Positions 8,471 through 10,834 of a stretch of 10,834 nucleotides of DNA are shown piece after piece. Positions within the stretch are counted from its first letter, which is position 1. Each line of letters starts with the position of its first letter. The notes beneath the pieces are model-generated. The model saw only the letters and a program-made list of their open reading frames with translations, was not told the origin of the DNA and made no database searches. The translations under genes and the position numbers were made by a program. The DNA comes from Octopus sinensis (taxonomy: Eukaryota), in the NCBI RefSeq assembly GCF_006345805.1, contig NW_021827150.1:1-10834 (forward strand). Reading direction: 5' to 3'.

Positions 8471-8767
8471 TAAAAATCTCAAACTTCTACATTAAGATTA
8501 AACATTTACATTTACATAAATGGTGCACTTGGTTCGGTGAGTAAATGCCTTAGTGACAATCTAGATAAGTTAGGGTTTTCAGAAAAAGAAAACAACCAAC
8601 TAACTCGTACATTATAAATACAATCAGTAAAGGGAACAGTAAAAAAAGTCTAAAACATGGCATTGTTGTTTTTATTATTTACATTCCAAAGATGGAGCTT
8701 TGTATCTTTGTTAGTACCCAGCTCCTTCCTCTGAGGAAAAATTTAAATAATTAAAAGCAGAAGAGAA

Positions 8768-8777
8768 CATACATACA

Positions 8778-8811
<34 letters not shown>

Positions 8812-8915
8812 CATACATACATACATACATACATACATACATACATACATACATACCATACATACATACATACAAACATACATACAGACAGACAAGCAGA
8901 CAAACAGACAAACAC
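8768..8915. repeat. (CATA)n grading into (CAGA/CAAA)n microsatellite
   Basis: Direct read. Confidence 0.95.
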
Positions 8916-9101
8916 ATATCAACACATGGAATATTGATGAAACATTAGCATCAAACATTCCGTCATGTGACAGCATAACAGACTGAATATAGTTGTTTGG
9001 AAAAGAAAGCAAGAAGTGCATAGAGACAGAAAGGTCAGCTGATACGCAGATGGGAACTCTTAATACGAAGTTAATACGACTTGGAGTATTTATGCGCAAC
9101 A

Positions 9102-9467
9102 GCTGCAGGGTGGCTGTGTGGTTAAGAAGATCGCTTAGCAACCTCGTAGTTTTGGGTTCTGTTCCGCTGCGCAGCATTTGAGCAAACGGATTCTACTATA
9201 CACGGAATCTGTGTAAAAATCCGTCGCACGGAGGTGTGTGTGTGTGTGTGTATTTGAGTTTGTCCCCCACTACCCCTTGACAACCCGTTCTGTTTTTTTT
9301 AAGTCCCTTAACTTAGCGGCTCAGCAAAAAGGAGTGATTGAATACGCATCAGGTTTTAAAATGCATATATGTAGCGCATTGCACTAGGGTTTATTTGTTC
9401 GGCTGAATCCTTCAAGACGGTGTTCTAGCATTGCTGCAGTTCAATGGATGGGACAAATAAAACAGAG
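9102..9467 (+). mobile_element. tRNA-derived CORE-like SINE (family C) with internal (GT)n
   Basis: A box TGGCTGTGTGG at 9111-9121 and B-box-like GGGTTCTGTTCC at 9154-9165. CORE-like catttgagcaa segment. Internal GT repeat at 9234-9251. Tail …taacttagcggctcagcaaaa…ttcaagacggtgttctagcattgctgcagttcaatg…. Head shared with 4433-4733. Confidence 0.8.
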
Positions 9468-9715
9468 ACGAACTGCTGCCTCTCTAGCCAGTTTATAATT
9501 TCCTATTTATGCCAATAATAACTGGTGTATACCTGGTTGTGTTAATAAACAGGTAAGCAGGAACCTTTACTCTGAGTTTCTGCATAGTCTCCCTGCTTGA
9601 AGCAAGCTGGACGATCTTGCTGGCAATCGTCTTTCCGTAAGAAAGGTCATAAAATTTTGTGGTGGTGCGTGACATACTAGTGTCTCTGATACATAGTGCG
9701 TAGATCTTATTGGAG

Positions 9716-9794
9716 TATGTGTATGTGTATGTGTATGTATGTGTGTGTGTAATAAGTATGTATGTATGTTTATGTATATATGTATTTATATATA
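9716..9794. repeat. TATG/TG/TA low-complexity tract, the insertion site of the mariner
   Basis: Direct read; ends in TA at 9793-9794. Confidence 0.9.
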
Positions 9795-10834
9795 TTGGGT
9801 TGTCCGGAAAGTTCGTGCCGATTTATAGTACCTTACCTTTCGACTTATTTTAGAACATGGTTGAGTCCATAAAATGGGATTTGACTACACCTCCATTTAG
9901 AGCACACTTTAAGCTATCTTTTCGTGGAAGAAGGTTTATGTTCCTATAACCTGTGTTAATTCTGTAACCCTTTGAAATGGAAGGAAGATAAGAAAGTTCA
10001 TTTTCGACACTTGATGCTTTTCTTTTTCCGTAAAGGGAAAAATACCTCACAAGCAACCAAAGAAATATGCGCAGTTTATGGTGATGTTTCTTTATATGAA
10101 ATAACTGTACGGAAGTGGTTCGTAAGGTTCCGAGCTGGAGTTTGTAGCATTATTGATAAAGAGCGATCAGGCAGACCATCCACTACAGATGATGACCAAA
10201 TCAAGTCATTAATTGAGAATAACCTACATTGCACAACCCGAGAATTGGCAAAAAGTTTCAACCTATCAAAATCCGTCGTTCATGAGCACCTGGTAAAGCT
10301 TGGGCACACAAATCGCTACGATGTTTGGGTACCACATGAGTTGAGGGAGAAGAACCTTCTGGATCGCATTTCCATCCGTGATTCGCTTTATAAACGGAAT
10401 GAAAACGCGCCTTTTTTTAAAGCAAATTGTGACAGGTGATGAGAAATGGATTATCTACCGAAATGCTCAGAGAAAGCGATCCTGGAATAAGCGACATGAG
10501 CCACCCTTAGCCACCCCAAAAGCGGGTCTTCACCACCCTAAAAAAGTCTTGCTTTGTGTCTGGTGGGATTGGAAAGGAATTCTGTACTATGAGCTTTTCC
10601 CAAGTAACCAGACAATTAATTCTGTGAAATACTGCACACAACTGGATGAGTTAAAAGCAGCATTTCAAGAGAAACATCCAGAATTGGCCAACAGGAAGGG
10701 TGTTGTTTTCCAACATGATAATGCAAGACCGCATGTTTCTTTGGGAACCAGACAAAAATTGTTGCAGCTCAGCTGGGATTTGTTACCCCACCCTCCATAT
10801 TCACCAGATATTGCTCCTTCGGATCTCCACTTAT
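9795..10834 (+). mobile_element. Mariner element (mellifera-subfamily-like), left TIR present, runs off the window end
   Basis: TA followed by TIR TTGGGTTGTCCGGAAAGTTCGTGCCGATTT (9795-9824), ~180 bp 5' region, then transposase. Confidence 0.95.
9977..10834 (+). pseudogene. Mariner D,D34D transposase with two frameshifts and no nonsense codon once they are corrected (partial, window-truncated)
   Basis: ATG at 9977, then a GAAG 4-nt duplication, then EDKKVHFRHLMLFFFRKGKN…WVPHEL…. An extra T in the T7 run at 10412-10418 is followed by LKQIVTGDEKW…HDNARPH…HPPYSPDIAPSD. Catalytic D at 10438, 10717 and 10822, with exactly 34 residues between D2 and D3. Confidence 0.96.

Noticed and set aside
9488-9552. 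Possible plus-strand exon (ctctctag … CAG|GTAAGC; PVYNFLFMPIITGVYLVVLIN)
   Set aside because: Good splice signals but no other support. It lies on the opposite strand to the other exon candidates and overlaps an antisense ORF; chance is likely.
9972-9979. TTG start given by the ORF track for the mariner transposase
   Set aside because: The natural start is ATG at 9977, put out of frame by a 4-nt duplication. The TTG only happens to be in frame with the downstream sequence.

Overview
Eukaryotic, AT-rich, microsatellite-dense non-genic DNA (intergenic or deep intronic). No intact cellular gene can be supported. The repeat repertoire resembles my recollection of coleoid cephalopod (Octopus-like) genomes; this is inference and was not checked. 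The window is mostly stacked mobile-element remains. SINEs: one tRNA-headed SINE at 304-585; six same-orientation copies of a second tRNA-derived SINE family stacked head-to-tail in AAT/TTA microsatellites (971-2470); and two CORE-like SINEs (4433-4733 on -, 9102-9467 on +). DNA transposons: the 3' end of a Buster/Charlie-type hAT with its right TIR (5768-6226); an internally deleted mariner with both TIRs (6481-7396); and a young-looking mariner with an intact D,D34D triad and only two frameshifts, running off the window end (9795-10834). LINE: a decayed R4/Dong-like reverse transcriptase (7434-8470). Most ORF-track entries are microsatellite artefacts. The most notable structure is the SINE stack, which suggests retroposition targeted to (TAA)n microsatellites. 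A faint Cys-rich, transposase-like remnant may occur twice (5049-5290 and 6266-6360). I found no evidence for a wholly new system beyond these hypotheses.
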